A DNA stretch of 64,000 bases. It comes from Acetofilamentum sp. (lineage in GTDB: Bacteria > Hydrothermota > 32-111). The stretch lies in contig DYMB01000007.1 in NCBI GenBank assembly GCA_020721805.1, positions 30,307-94,306 of the forward strand, given 5' to 3'. A program made the position numbers and the translations under genes. How positions within the stretch are numbered: the stretch's first letter is position 1; every line of letters starts with the position of its first letter. Under the pieces are notes generated by a model, which saw only the letters and a program-made list of their open reading frames with translations, was not told where the DNA came from and did not search any database. Positions 19,391 through 29,126 of the stretch are shown piece after piece.

Positions 19391-20220
19391 ATCTGATAGT
19401 TGTTCTGTACGAAAAAAAGAAAGCGGAAAAGTTTTTTCATAACAATTATTTTATTTTCAAAAACAGCGGTGTTTCGTTATTGATAGTTGATAATGGTGAG
19501 AACAAGGAATATATACCAAAAGATTTAAACTTTTTTTATATAAAAACTTCTCAGAATACAGGATACGGAAAAGCGGTTAATCTGGCTTTTAAATATGTTG
19601 AGAGTGATTATTTCCTAATATCCAACGATGATATTATATTCGAAAAGAATTTTTTTTCAAAACTTTTAAAAAAATTGAACTTTTACAGGGAAAATGAATT
19701 CAAACTTGTCGGTTTCAATGTCTTTTCCAATAAAAGTTTTAAAAAGGGGATTCAACGAAAATATTATGATTATTTCGTCATACTATACCATTTTTCGTTT
19801 TTACCATTCTTCTTGTCGATCTTTGAAAAGAATAATAATGGTTATGTTGGAGTGTGGGAAGGTATACATTTTTATAAAAGTTCAAAAGAGGTATATGGAG
19901 TGAATGGGGCTTTAATGCTTGTTGAAAAGAAAAGTTTTGAAGGTGTGAAAATGTTTGATGAAAATTATTTCTTAACATATGAGGAAACGGATCTTTTCAT
20001 AAGATTTAAAAAAAGAAACTATAAAATATATTATGATTCATCGTTGAAAATTTTGCACGATCATTCGATATCCGCTTCAAAGGAATCTACCAGATACTCA
20101 TTTTCTTCTATGGATTATTTTTTGAAAAAAAATTATGGTAAAAAAATCGGTTTTCTTGTTAAAATTTATTTAAAAATTTTTTTATTTTTAAAGGGTTTGT
20201 TAAAATTAAAAACAGAATAA
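19366..20220 (+). CDS. glycosyltransferase family 2 (GT-A)
   Basis: LIVVLYEKK...LLIVDNGENKEY...QNTGYGKAVNLAF...LISNDDIIF, a GT2 DxD-type layout similar to rhamnosyltransferase-type GT2 enzymes. Confidence 0.8.
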   Translation: MDEKKFKLNLIVVLYEKKKAEKFFHNNYFIFKNSGVSLLIVDNGENKEYIPKDLNFFYIKTSQNTGYGKAVNLAFKYVESDYFLISNDDIIFEKNFFSKLLKKLNFYRENEFKLVGFNVFSNKSFKKGIQRKYYDYFVILYHFSFLPFFLSIFEKNNNGYVGVWEGIHFYKSSKEVYGVNGALMLVEKKSFEGVKMFDENYFLTYEETDLFIRFKKRNYKIYYDSSLKILHDHSISASKESTRYSFSSMDYFLKKNYGKKIGFLVKIYLKIFLFLKGLLKLKTE

Positions 20221-20228
20221 CTAAAAAA

Positions 20229-21521
20229 ATGAACAGTTTTAAAATTATAATTTTATTTTTTTCAGCGATCTTTTATCTCACTTTTGTTGTTTATTTAAAA
20301 AATTTTCTTTTCTTCTTTCCATTTTTACTTTTGATATTACTAATTCTACTCTATTTAAATTTTAAAAACCATAATTTTTTTATAACCTTTATGCTTTTTT
20401 ATGGTTCATTTTCAAGATTGTTTTATTTTCTATCACAGGGTTTTATCTATAATCTTGTTTTTACCATCCCAATTTTCTATACTTTAATTTTTTTTGATGA
20501 AATTTTCATCACTTTCAAAAGATTACCAAAAATTTTAAAAATTTACATTCTTGTCCACATATCTTTTATTTTAACAACAACGATCTACGCTAAAAATTTT
20601 GATCCTGTAAACATTCTTCTTATTTTGAATTATTATATTTTACCATTCTTTCTTTTTCTTTATATAAAAGATTTTACAAAAAATCTATACCTTGTTTTAA
20701 AATATACTTTCATATTTATTCTAATCTATTCGATATCGCAGTATTTTGGATTCTATACTTTTTTTGAAGATTATTATGTGAAAAATGTTTCATATCATCA
20801 GTATACTTCCTTGAAACTCGGTTCAATGAACAGACCATTTTCATCTTTTTCCTCTGTTGAAGAGTTTTCAATTTTTTTAGTTTTTTTACCTTTCTTCTTC
20901 TATGATTTTAAAAAGAAAATGTTTTATCTGTTTTCGATTATGGTGGTTTCTCTTTTAATTATTTTTTCTTACAGAACATCTATTTTTATTTTTATCCTTT
21001 TATACTTTTTTCAACTTCTTTTAGAAAAACGGATAAGACAACTTGTAATTTTTTCATTGCTTGTATTATCCCTGATAGTTATTTTTTATAATTTAAAAAT
21101 TGATACCACCATTTACAAAACTGATAATCGACTGAAAACGGTATTGAAACATAATATTGAGCCTTTGAGTAGTGGTTTTAATACATATTCTTTAAAAAAC
21201 AGATTTTTTAAAATTAAAGGGGATTTGTATAAACTTAAAAATAACCCATTTGGAACGGGACTGTTTTTTTCCAGCAGATCCATTTTTCAACATACCGAAG
21301 AGAACATATATGAAACATCTTTTTTCAATCTACTTTTTGCGGGTGGAGTGATAACTATACTTTATTTTGTCCTTTCATTTTATCTGCTATCGGTTTATAA
21401 AAAAACATTTTTTATGCTTATATTTTTTTTCTTTTTTTTATTTACAAATCTTTTTAATTTTCATTTTATCGCACCCGTAATTTTAAAAATGATAATGGAG
21501 AGAAACGATGAAAAGGGGTGA
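20229..21521 (+). CDS. O-antigen polymerase/ligase-like (Wzy/WaaL-type) membrane protein
   Basis: 430 aa, about 10-12 TM segments, one larger loop (KIDTTIYKTDNRLKTVLKHNIEPLSSG...), and a glycan-locus context. Confidence 0.6.
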   Translation: MNSFKIIILFFSAIFYLTFVVYLKNFLFFFPFLLLILLILLYLNFKNHNFFITFMLFYGSFSRLFYFLSQGFIYNLVFTIPIFYTLIFFDEIFITFKRLPKILKIYILVHISFILTTTIYAKNFDPVNILLILNYYILPFFLFLYIKDFTKNLYLVLKYTFIFILIYSISQYFGFYTFFEDYYVKNVSYHQYTSLKLGSMNRPFSSFSSVEEFSIFLVFLPFFFYDFKKKMFYLFSIMVVSLLIIFSYRTSIFIFILLYFFQLLLEKRIRQLVIFSLLVLSLIVIFYNLKIDTTIYKTDNRLKTVLKHNIEPLSSGFNTYSLKNRFFKIKGDLYKLKNNPFGTGLFFSSRSIFQHTEENIYETSFFNLLFAGGVITILYFVLSFYLLSVYKKTFFMLIFFFFFLFTNLFNFHFIAPVILKMIMERNDEKG

Positions 21522-22788
21522 ATTGAAAAAAAAACAGATTGAAAACTATGAATTGACAAAAAAGATGGTGAACGATTTCTTGAAAAAATATGACAGGTAC
21601 AATGCTCTCGAATACTCTTTTTTATGGGCAACCTATAATCTACTCTCAAACGGCAAAAAATATTTCCCCGGTAAGACGAATCCGTTTTCAACAAATGTAA
21701 AACTGAAAAAAAAACATGCAAAGTATTTTATAGTTTTTGGGAGTGTTCCAGAAAAGATAATCAAAAAATTTAGATTAAAAGGTTTTGAAGATGTGAGATT
21801 AGAAATATCAAATTTCCCTATCGGTTTACCGATTGAAAACAGGTTGATCTTTTCAAGAAAAGGGCGAGTATTCCATAACGATCCAGAGATTTCCAAAGAT
21901 GATGATCTTAAAATGTACAAAGAGATCATTGAAGATAATTATTTTGATTTAAAACGGTTTGAAAATACTCTTGATGATCATTTCGGTTCTTTCAAACCAT
22001 CTTTTGTTATCCTTGACGAAGATAGGACAAAATTCAAACGTGTGTGTGTGGAATATTTTAAGAAAAAGAATGTAAAAACATTTATCTTTCAACATGGTCT
22101 TACACCTATTGATAAAGATAACAAGATTCCACTTATGAACGAGTCTTTCGTTCCATTGATCGCCGATCATTTTATCTGTTGGGGGAAAAATTCATTTGAT
22201 TTTATGAAAAATTTTACCAGTGTAGATAATCTCATAATCGGTGGAAATCCAAGCTATGATTTTCATAGGAATTTTCAGGAAAAGGAAATAGATCTTCTTT
22301 TTATAGATCAACAATTTATTGGATTCGAAGAAGAGTTTTATACGGCTTACGAAGAAATATTAAGGTATCTGGAAAATAATGGATTGGATTATAAAATATA
22401 TTTAAGGGGTAAATATAATTTTAATTTTTTAAAACAAATCGTTAAAAAAGGAAAGATTATAAAGTGGAAAAAAAATGGATTATCATATTATCTACAAAAA
22501 AGTAAAATTTCTGCAGGTTTTTACTCTACGGGATTACTGGAATCTCTGATCAATTTTAGACCCATAATGGTTTACGATCACTTAGACAGGGGGAATTTTT
22601 TAGGATTCAAAAATGAGAATATTGCGAAACTTTTCAAAGATGAAGAAGAATTTATTCGTTTTTACAGGATGCTTGATGAGAGCAGATTCAACGATGAAGA
22701 GTTTATAGGTGAGGTGAAAAATTTTGTTGAATATTTTGGTGATGAGTCTGCAAAGATTATTTGTGAAAAGATATTGGAAAGGTTATGA
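21508..22788 (+). CDS. hypothetical cytoplasmic protein, possibly GT-B-like polysaccharide-modifying enzyme
   Basis: 426-aa intact ORF coupled on both sides to glycan genes. There is no TM segment. FIFQHGL and a Rossmann-like alternation hint at a GT-B or capsule-synthesis fold. No firm motif. Confidence 0.4.
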   Translation: MKRGELKKKQIENYELTKKMVNDFLKKYDRYNALEYSFLWATYNLLSNGKKYFPGKTNPFSTNVKLKKKHAKYFIVFGSVPEKIIKKFRLKGFEDVRLEISNFPIGLPIENRLIFSRKGRVFHNDPEISKDDDLKMYKEIIEDNYFDLKRFENTLDDHFGSFKPSFVILDEDRTKFKRVCVEYFKKKNVKTFIFQHGLTPIDKDNKIPLMNESFVPLIADHFICWGKNSFDFMKNFTSVDNLIIGGNPSYDFHRNFQEKEIDLLFIDQQFIGFEEEFYTAYEEILRYLENNGLDYKIYLRGKYNFNFLKQIVKKGKIIKWKKNGLSYYLQKSKISAGFYSTGLLESLINFRPIMVYDHLDRGNFLGFKNENIAKLFKDEEEFIRFYRMLDESRFNDEEFIGEVKNFVEYFGDESAKIICEKILERL

Positions 22789-23849
22789 AAAAGTTAACAT
22801 TCGTTGATCTTTCACCCTTTAGAGGTGGAGCCGAGATTTCACTTGAAAAGTTGATCAACGTTATACCAGAAAATTATGAGATTGAAATGATAGTATCAAG
22901 GGATGATATATGGCTTTTTAAAAGGCATGTTAAATTTTCAACTATAAAAATGGATGAACGATTTTTGCTTCTAAACAAAACTATTAAAAATTTAATATTA
23001 TTCTTTTTTCAGATCGTCAAAAATATCAACAATTTTAAAAGGAAGGATGAACTTTTCTTTACAAACACCTTTAAATCACATTTTGCGATTTTTATGATCA
23101 GCATCTTCTTTGGAAAAACAAGATGGATAGTAATCGAAAGAGATTTTTATGAGAACAGTTTAATAAAATTTTTCAAAAAACTTTTATATAAGAAAACCCT
23201 CGGTGTAATTTTCAATTCAAAGTTTTTAAAGAGAAAATATCATTTTTCAAATTCACAGGTGATATACAATATAGTTGAAAGTAAAACTCTGTCAAAAAAG
23301 GATTTTAAAACTTTTCTTTACATAGGTGATCCTACATATGAAAAAGGATACGACAGGATTTTTGAATTTTTCAGATATATTTACAGTATGAATCATAATT
23401 TCAGACTTACCATAGTTTTGAGGGAAAAAAATTTTTATGGAAAACGGGTTAAAGATATCACGAATATTTCTAAAACAGTGTTTGGCGATTATAATGATAT
23501 TGATAAAATTTTAAAGGAAAGTTCTTTTTTGCTTCTTTTCAATAGGAAAACTGAAACCTTCTCAAGGGTGGTGGCTGAAGGTATGTCATATGGATTGATT
23601 CCTTTTGTATTGAAAGGTAACGGAATGGATGATTATGTTTTCAATCTATACAATGGATTTGTTTTTGAAGAGTATGATCCTGAACTTATTGTAAAAAGTT
23701 TTATGGAAAATTATGATGAAGAAAAATTTCTATTGATGCAAAAAAGATCGTATGAAACGGTTATAAATTTTTTTTCTGAAAAGAATATAAAAATGAGATT
23801 TTTAAATTATTTGGAAGGGAAGTTTAACTTCCCTTCCCGGGGGAGGTAA
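22785..23849 (+). CDS. glycosyltransferase family 4 (GT-B)
   Basis: N-terminal FRGGAEISLEKL. C-terminal ETFSRVVAEGMSYGLIPF matches the E-x7-E motif, and DDYVFNLYNGFVFE is also present. Confidence 0.75.
   Translation: MKKLTFVDLSPFRGGAEISLEKLINVIPENYEIEMIVSRDDIWLFKRHVKFSTIKMDERFLLLNKTIKNLILFFFQIVKNINNFKRKDELFFTNTFKSHFAIFMISIFFGKTRWIVIERDFYENSLIKFFKKLLYKKTLGVIFNSKFLKRKYHFSNSQVIYNIVESKTLSKKDFKTFLYIGDPTYEKGYDRIFEFFRYIYSMNHNFRLTIVLREKNFYGKRVKDITNISKTVFGDYNDIDKILKESSFLLLFNRKTETFSRVVAEGMSYGLIPFVLKGNGMDDYVFNLYNGFVFEEYDPELIVKSFMENYDEEKFLLMQKRSYETVINFFSEKNIKMRFLNYLEGKFNFPSRGR
23813..23837. terminator. perfect GC-rich hairpin at the convergent junction of the envelope island and ftsZ (possible bidirectional terminator or RNA-stability element)
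   Basis: GGAAGGGAAGT-TTA-ACTTCCCTTCC: an 11-bp perfect stem with a 3-nt loop. It lies 12 nt before the GT4 stop and 18 nt beyond the ftsZ stop. No U-tract on either side. Confidence 0.4.
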
Positions 23850-23854
23850 AATTA

Positions 23855-24958
23855 TCAATCGCTTGCTCTTCTCATAAATGCAGGTTTTTCGATGTCCTCA
23901 TCCTTTGTATAGGTTCTTTTGAATGGAAATTTTTCTTCATATGAATTTTTGTTTTCGTTAAACAGTTCAAGTGTTTCAGCATTTTCTGTTTTCTGGACAA
24001 TATTGTTTATTCCTGTTGCAACTATTGTTACTCTGACTTCATCTTCAATATTATTATCAAAAACAACACCCCATGTAAGGTTAACATCATCGTTGTTTAC
24101 TCTTTTCTTTATTATATTTACCGCATCTTCCACATCACCCCACGCCAATCTTTCTGGACCCGTTATCGATAAAAGAATTGCGGATGCTTTGTCAATAGAG
24201 GCATCCTCGAGGATCGGGCAATCAAGAGCTATCTGTGCGGCGCTTGCTCCCTTATCATCTCCCTTGGCGCTTCCTATTCCAATGATAGCATCTCCACGAT
24301 GTGACATTATATTTTTAACATCGGCGAAATCTCTATTGATATATCCTGGCTTTGTTATCACATCTGAGATTCCTTTTGTGGCTTGGTACAGAACATTATC
24401 CGCCATTTCAAAAAGGCTTGTTATCGGAGTATTTCTTTCACAAATATTTTTCAACTTTTCATTTGGTATCACGATTATCGTATCAACGACTTCCTTTAAT
24501 TTTTTTATACCGAGTTCAGCGTTTGTAAGTCTCAATTTCCCTTCGAAATTGAAAGGTCTGGTTACTATCGCAACGGTTATTATCCCCATCTCTTTGGCAA
24601 GTTCCGCTACAATCGGACTTGCACCCGTTCCAGTTGCACCGCCCATTCCTGCATTGATAAATACCATATCACATCCTTCAAGTACCTTTTTTATCTCATC
24701 TTTATTTTCTTCGGCAGCTTTTTTCCCTACTTCGGGATCTCCTCCTCCTCCCAATCCCTTAGAAATTGATTTACCGATCTGGATCTTTGTAGGTGCCTTT
24801 GATAAACTTAAAATCTGTAGGTCGGTATTGATCGAAACGAAATCTACCCCGGTTAACTTATAACTTATCATTCTGTTAACAGCATTTCCACCAGCACCAC
24901 CTATGCCTACGACTTTTATTTTTGCTGGCTGAATCTGTTCGGTAATTGGCATAAACAT
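23855..24958 (-). CDS. ftsZ: cell division GTPase FtsZ
   Basis: VVGIGGAGGNAV, NAGMGGATGTGASPIVAE (tubulin signature), and a C-terminal DIEKPAFMRR peptide. Confidence 0.97.
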   Translation of the reverse strand: MFMPITEQIQPAKIKVVGIGGAGGNAVNRMISYKLTGVDFVSINTDLQILSLSKAPTKIQIGKSISKGLGGGGDPEVGKKAAEENKDEIKKVLEGCDMVFINAGMGGATGTGASPIVAELAKEMGIITVAIVTRPFNFEGKLRLTNAELGIKKLKEVVDTIIVIPNEKLKNICERNTPITSLFEMADNVLYQATKGISDVITKPGYINRDFADVKNIMSHRGDAIIGIGSAKGDDKGASAAQIALDCPILEDASIDKASAILLSITGPERLAWGDVEDAVNIIKKRVNNDDVNLTWGVVFDNNIEDEVRVTIVATGINNIVQKTENAETLELFNENKNSYEEKFPFKRTYTKDEDIEKPAFMRRASD

Positions 24959-24971
24959 TTTCTCCCCCTTT

Positions 24972-26195
24972 TTATAATTTAAAAAGATCTTTTATCGAAG
25001 ATAACATTTTAGAAAACTGTTTTATTTTAATACCTTTTCTTCCGATTCTCTCTTTGGTGGAAAAATTTGGTAATATGTATTCAAGTATTCCACATGAAAC
25101 GGCGAAGGATGGATCCTTTATCTGTTCGGACATACCCACATTCAATTTTGGATATCCAATTTTTGTTGGTAATTTTATTCTCTTTTCAAATCTTTCTTTT
25201 ATACCTGCTAAATTTGCAGTACCCCCTGTTAAAACGATACCAGCGTTCAATTTATCGAAAACCTGAGCGGATGAGAGAGAATTTTGTATATAATCCATCA
25301 ATTCATCAACCCTGGGTGCTATAATATCGTAAAGATTTAAAGATGAAATTTCTCGTTCCTCATTTTCGGTTAATCCTTGGACTTTAAATTTTTCTTCTGG
25401 ATTTATTTTCTCTTTTATGCAATTTCCATATTTCTTTTTGATCCTTTCAGATTCGTTTGTTGTCAACCTGAGTCCAATCGAAATATCTTTTGTAATCGTT
25501 GCGCCAGCGATTTCAATGGTATCTATTTCAGTTATTGCAGAATCTATATAAACGGTTATTTTTGTAGTTCCTCCACCTATATCTATTACAGCAACTCCGA
25601 GTTCCTTTTCTTCTTCTGATAAAACGGAATGAGCGGCAGCGATATGTTGTGAGATATATTCTTCTATTCTGAATCCTGCTCTTTCGATAACATTGTTGTA
25701 ATTCTGTAAAATCAGAGAAGGTATAGATATCACCATCGTTTCACAAAGAAGTTTCGAGCCAATAAGTCCGATCGGATTTTTAATATTCTCCTGTGTATCT
25801 ATGGTAAAATTTTTGGGTATAACATGTAATATTGGATTATCACCGATAGACATAACTTTACTTTGATTTATCGCTCTCAAAATATCCTGTTCGGTGATTA
25901 TCGAGTTCTGTTTGGGAAGTGCTATGGTGCCTTTACCTGTGATTCCTTTAGTTTCTGCACCACCTATCGATGCAAAAATGTTATTACTTTGAAATCCTGA
26001 CATCAATTCAGCCTTCATTATCGAATCTTTTATGGCACTTACCGTAGATTCAACATCGGTGATTTTTGATTTTGACATTTTGTGTTTTGAAGACTCACCA
26101 ACTCCTCTCAGATTGATAGTATTTCCTTCCTCTATGGTCGCGATAAGTGTTTTTATTGAAGAAGTGCCTATGTCCAAAACGGTTATAATCGTCAT
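24972..26195 (-). CDS. ftsA: cell division protein FtsA
   Basis: Actin-fold motifs VLDIGTSSIK and VIDIGGGTTKITV. Positioned between ftsQ and ftsZ. Confidence 0.93.
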   Translation of the reverse strand: MTIITVLDIGTSSIKTLIATIEEGNTINLRGVGESSKHKMSKSKITDVESTVSAIKDSIMKAELMSGFQSNNIFASIGGAETKGITGKGTIALPKQNSIITEQDILRAINQSKVMSIGDNPILHVIPKNFTIDTQENIKNPIGLIGSKLLCETMVISIPSLILQNYNNVIERAGFRIEEYISQHIAAAHSVLSEEEKELGVAVIDIGGGTTKITVYIDSAITEIDTIEIAGATITKDISIGLRLTTNESERIKKKYGNCIKEKINPEEKFKVQGLTENEEREISSLNLYDIIAPRVDELMDYIQNSLSSAQVFDKLNAGIVLTGGTANLAGIKERFEKRIKLPTKIGYPKLNVGMSEQIKDPSFAVSCGILEYILPNFSTKERIGRKGIKIKQFSKMLSSIKDLFKL

Positions 26196-26208
26196 ATATA
26201 CCTCACTT

Positions 26209-26961
26209 TTATCTTTTTACATAAATTCCATTTTTAAATCTGAAATCAAAAATTTTAAATTTAAAATCTATATATTTTGAAAAATCTGGTAACTTTTCTC
26301 CCTTATCTATTAAAAAGATCTTATTATTCTTTAAATAGATTTTTATATATTCTTCTTCAATTTTAATCTTCTTTATATTCTCTTTTTCTTTGATAATATT
26401 GGTAAAAATTGTTGGTAATCCAGATACATCATAGATCGAACCGATATGCTCAAGATCGGTTTCAAGTACGATATAATTTGCAGGTATATAATCCATTCTG
26501 TCAGAAATAGTTTTATCATTATATATGACAGTATTTTCGTTATGAAACAACAATGGAATCTTTCTATAACAAATGACGATAAGGGTTTTAGGTAAAATTC
26601 TCTTTATCGATTTTATCTCATATTCTGGAATTTTAGTATGAACGATATCCTTTAAAGTTTGATCTTTTACTTTAAAAATATTTACATTTTTTACTGTTTC
26701 GAAAATTGATTCATCAATATTAGTTTTTTCGTTGGATATTTTTATGACGACCTTTTTTACATAAAAGAAGGATGATCTTTTTATATAGTTTATGGTTAGA
26801 AATATTATCGATAAGAGAATACCTGTTAAAATTAGAATTTTAAATATTCTTATGGTAAAACCTTTTAACCTGTTTTTATCTTTTTTCCTTCTTGATAACT
26901 CTTTTCTATACAAAAGGTCAAATCTGTTGTTATACGATTTCAATTTCCAACTCCAATTCAA
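26209..26961 (-). CDS. ftsQ: cell division protein FtsQ/DivIB (POTRA)
   Basis: Basic N-terminus, a single TM (ILILTGILLSIIFLTINYI), then a POTRA-like FYVKKVVIKISNEK segment. The position is conserved. It overlaps the murB end by 32 nt. Confidence 0.7.
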   Translation of the reverse strand: MNWSWKLKSYNNRFDLLYRKELSRRKKDKNRLKGFTIRIFKILILTGILLSIIFLTINYIKRSSFFYVKKVVIKISNEKTNIDESIFETVKNVNIFKVKDQTLKDIVHTKIPEYEIKSIKRILPKTLIVICYRKIPLLFHNENTVIYNDKTISDRMDYIPANYIVLETDLEHIGSIYDVSGLPTIFTNIIKEKENIKKIKIEEEYIKIYLKNNKIFLIDKGEKLPDFSKYIDFKFKIFDFRFKNGIYVKR

Positions 26962-27751
26962 TTTTATATAATTTGAATACTTTATTTTTAATAAGTTTTA
27001 TCAATTTCATAAAATCACTGTTATTTCCATAACCCTTATTTATGATGAAATTGGTATGTTTTTTTGAAACACATATATCGTTTATGCAGTATCCTCTAAA
27101 ACCAGCATCATCTATCAATTTCCAAGCAAAAATATCCATAGAGGGATTTTTAAATGTTGAACCTAATGTTTTTGCATTTAATGGCTGTGAAGAACTTCTT
27201 TTTTTTACAAAATACTCTATCCTATTTTTTATAACTTCCCTTTTATCCTTTTCAACATTGAATATCGCAAATAGAATAGGTTTGTCGATGTTTGAGTATC
27301 TATAGGAGAAAGTGATATCCTTCTTAACAGTTTTACCTTCCACCGTAATAATTGAAAAAAGATTTTTTGATATATTGTTTCCAAAGGCACCTGCATTTAT
27401 TTTTATCATTCCACCAATTGTTCCGGGTATTCCCACAAGTTCTTCGAATCCAGTTATCCTTTCATCGATTAAAAATTTCAAGAATTTTGAAAATTTAACC
27501 CCACCTCCAACCATAATCCTGTTTGAAGATATTTTCTCTATCTTTCCATAGATACCATCGAGTCTATAAAAAATATTTTTATATCTTTTTTTTGCAAAAA
27601 ATATTTTAGAACAGTTTCCAACAATTTTACTTTTATCATTTTGAAAAACTTCTTTAAGATCATTTTCATCTTCAACGATTAAAAGTTTTCCCTTCGGTCC
27701 TATACCTAAATATGATATTTTAGAAAAATTAAAATCTTTATAGATTTTCAT
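26930..27751 (-). CDS. murB: UDP-N-acetylenolpyruvoylglucosamine reductase
   Basis: FAD-binding-type GGGVKFSKFL...GIPGTIGGMIKINAGAFG, and C-terminal SQPLNAKTLGSTFKNP...AGFRGY. Confidence 0.85.
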   Translation of the reverse strand: MKIYKDFNFSKISYLGIGPKGKLLIVEDENDLKEVFQNDKSKIVGNCSKIFFAKKRYKNIFYRLDGIYGKIEKISSNRIMVGGGVKFSKFLKFLIDERITGFEELVGIPGTIGGMIKINAGAFGNNISKNLFSIITVEGKTVKKDITFSYRYSNIDKPILFAIFNVEKDKREVIKNRIEYFVKKRSSSQPLNAKTLGSTFKNPSMDIFAWKLIDDAGFRGYCINDICVSKKHTNFIINKGYGNNSDFMKLIKLIKNKVFKLYKIELELEIEIV

Positions 27752-29126
27752 TCTTTATAACCTCTATAAATTCTGATGAATAATGATTGATGTCTCCAGC
27801 CCCTATGAAAAGAAATATGGTATTTTCTTTTATGAATTGTCGTAAAAAGTTTTTTATATCCTCTTTATTTTTTACATAGAAAACATTTTCTTCCTTTATT
27901 TTTTTTATCTCATCATAAAGAATTTCTCCTGTTACACCTTCTATCGGCAATTCTCTTGCAGGATAAATATCGGTTATTATCGTAATGTCAGATTTTGATA
28001 GGATCTGGGCAAACCGGTTTAAAAGTTTCATGGTTCTTGAGTAAAGATGGGGTTGGAATATGGTAACCGTTTTGTAATCACCCATATTTTTTGCCGAATC
28101 TATAACCGTAAAAATCTCCGTAGGATGATGGGCATAATCATCTATCACATAGATTTTCTTATCCTCGTTTCTGTATCCAATTTCAAATCTTCTCTTTACT
28201 CCAGTGAAATCTTTGATGCCTTCGAAGATAGTATTGTATGGGATCCCCATCTCGATCGCTACCGCAACGGCAGCAAGAGAATTTAAAATATTGTGTTTAC
28301 CCGGAATGTTGAGTTGGATTTCTCCAAGTGGCATATTTTTAAACACCATGGTATAGGATGAGGATAAGACTCCCATTTTTACATTTATAGCTTTCACATC
28401 AGCTTTTTTCATAAATCCATAGGTGATTATCTTCTTATCGATTTTGGTTATGATCTCATTATTGTTTAGATCATCAAGGCATATTACAACGGCTCCATAA
28501 AAGGGAACCGAATTGGCAAATTTTATAAAATGTTCTTTTATTTCGTTCAGATCCTTATAGTTGTCAAGATGATCCTCATCTATGTTTGTTATAACAGCTA
28601 TGGAAGGTAATAGTTTTAGAAATGATTTATCACTTTCATCAGCCTCGGCTATAAGATAATCTCCCTTACCCAGTGTTGCGTTAGAATCAGCAAAGATTTT
28701 TACCTGTCCACCGATTATGAGAGTCGGATCAAATTTTGCTCTTCTAAAAATACTGGCTATTATAGAAGTTGTTGTTGTCTTTCCATGGGTTCCAGCGACA
28801 CAGATTGAAAATTTCATCCTCATAAGTTCTGCAAGCATTTCTGCTCTTTGTATAACTGGTATTTTTTCCTTTACCGCATATTGGAGTTCAACATTATCCA
28901 TCTTTACCGCGGATGAATAAACAACAACATCCGCATAGGCAACATTTTCCCATTTATGACCTATATAGACTTTTATACCTATACTTTTTAAATGCTGGGT
29001 GATGGGGGTATCCTTTATATCCGAACCTGTTATTTTATAACCCATACAGTGTAAAACTTCAGCTATCCCACTCATTCCAATGCCACCGATACCAACAAAA
29101 TGAATGTTTTCAATATTTCTAAACAT
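27738..29126 (-). CDS. murC: UDP-N-acetylmuramate--L-alanine ligase
   Basis: HFVGIGGIGMSGIAEVL, AGTHGKTTTTS and DDYAHHPTEI. Confidence 0.93.
   Translation of the reverse strand: MFRNIENIHFVGIGGIGMSGIAEVLHCMGYKITGSDIKDTPITQHLKSIGIKVYIGHKWENVAYADVVVYSSAVKMDNVELQYAVKEKIPVIQRAEMLAELMRMKFSICVAGTHGKTTTTSIIASIFRRAKFDPTLIIGGQVKIFADSNATLGKGDYLIAEADESDKSFLKLLPSIAVITNIDEDHLDNYKDLNEIKEHFIKFANSVPFYGAVVICLDDLNNNEIITKIDKKIITYGFMKKADVKAINVKMGVLSSSYTMVFKNMPLGEIQLNIPGKHNILNSLAAVAVAIEMGIPYNTIFEGIKDFTGVKRRFEIGYRNEDKKIYVIDDYAHHPTEIFTVIDSAKNMGDYKTVTIFQPHLYSRTMKLLNRFAQILSKSDITIITDIYPARELPIEGVTGEILYDEIKKIKEENVFYVKNKEDIKNFLRQFIKENTIFLFIGAGDINHYSSEFIEVIKNENL

Noticed and set aside
23919-24863. 314-aa ORF on the plus strand
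   Set aside because: It is entirely antisense to ftsZ, which has unmistakable motifs. Its product is low-complexity and rich in S, F, I and L, as is typical of shadow frames opposite G/A/I/V-rich genes. It has no start context.
26031-26045. TGGCAC motif as a possible sigma54 -24 element
   Set aside because: It lies inside ftsA on the antisense strand and has no TTGC -12 element at the correct spacing.
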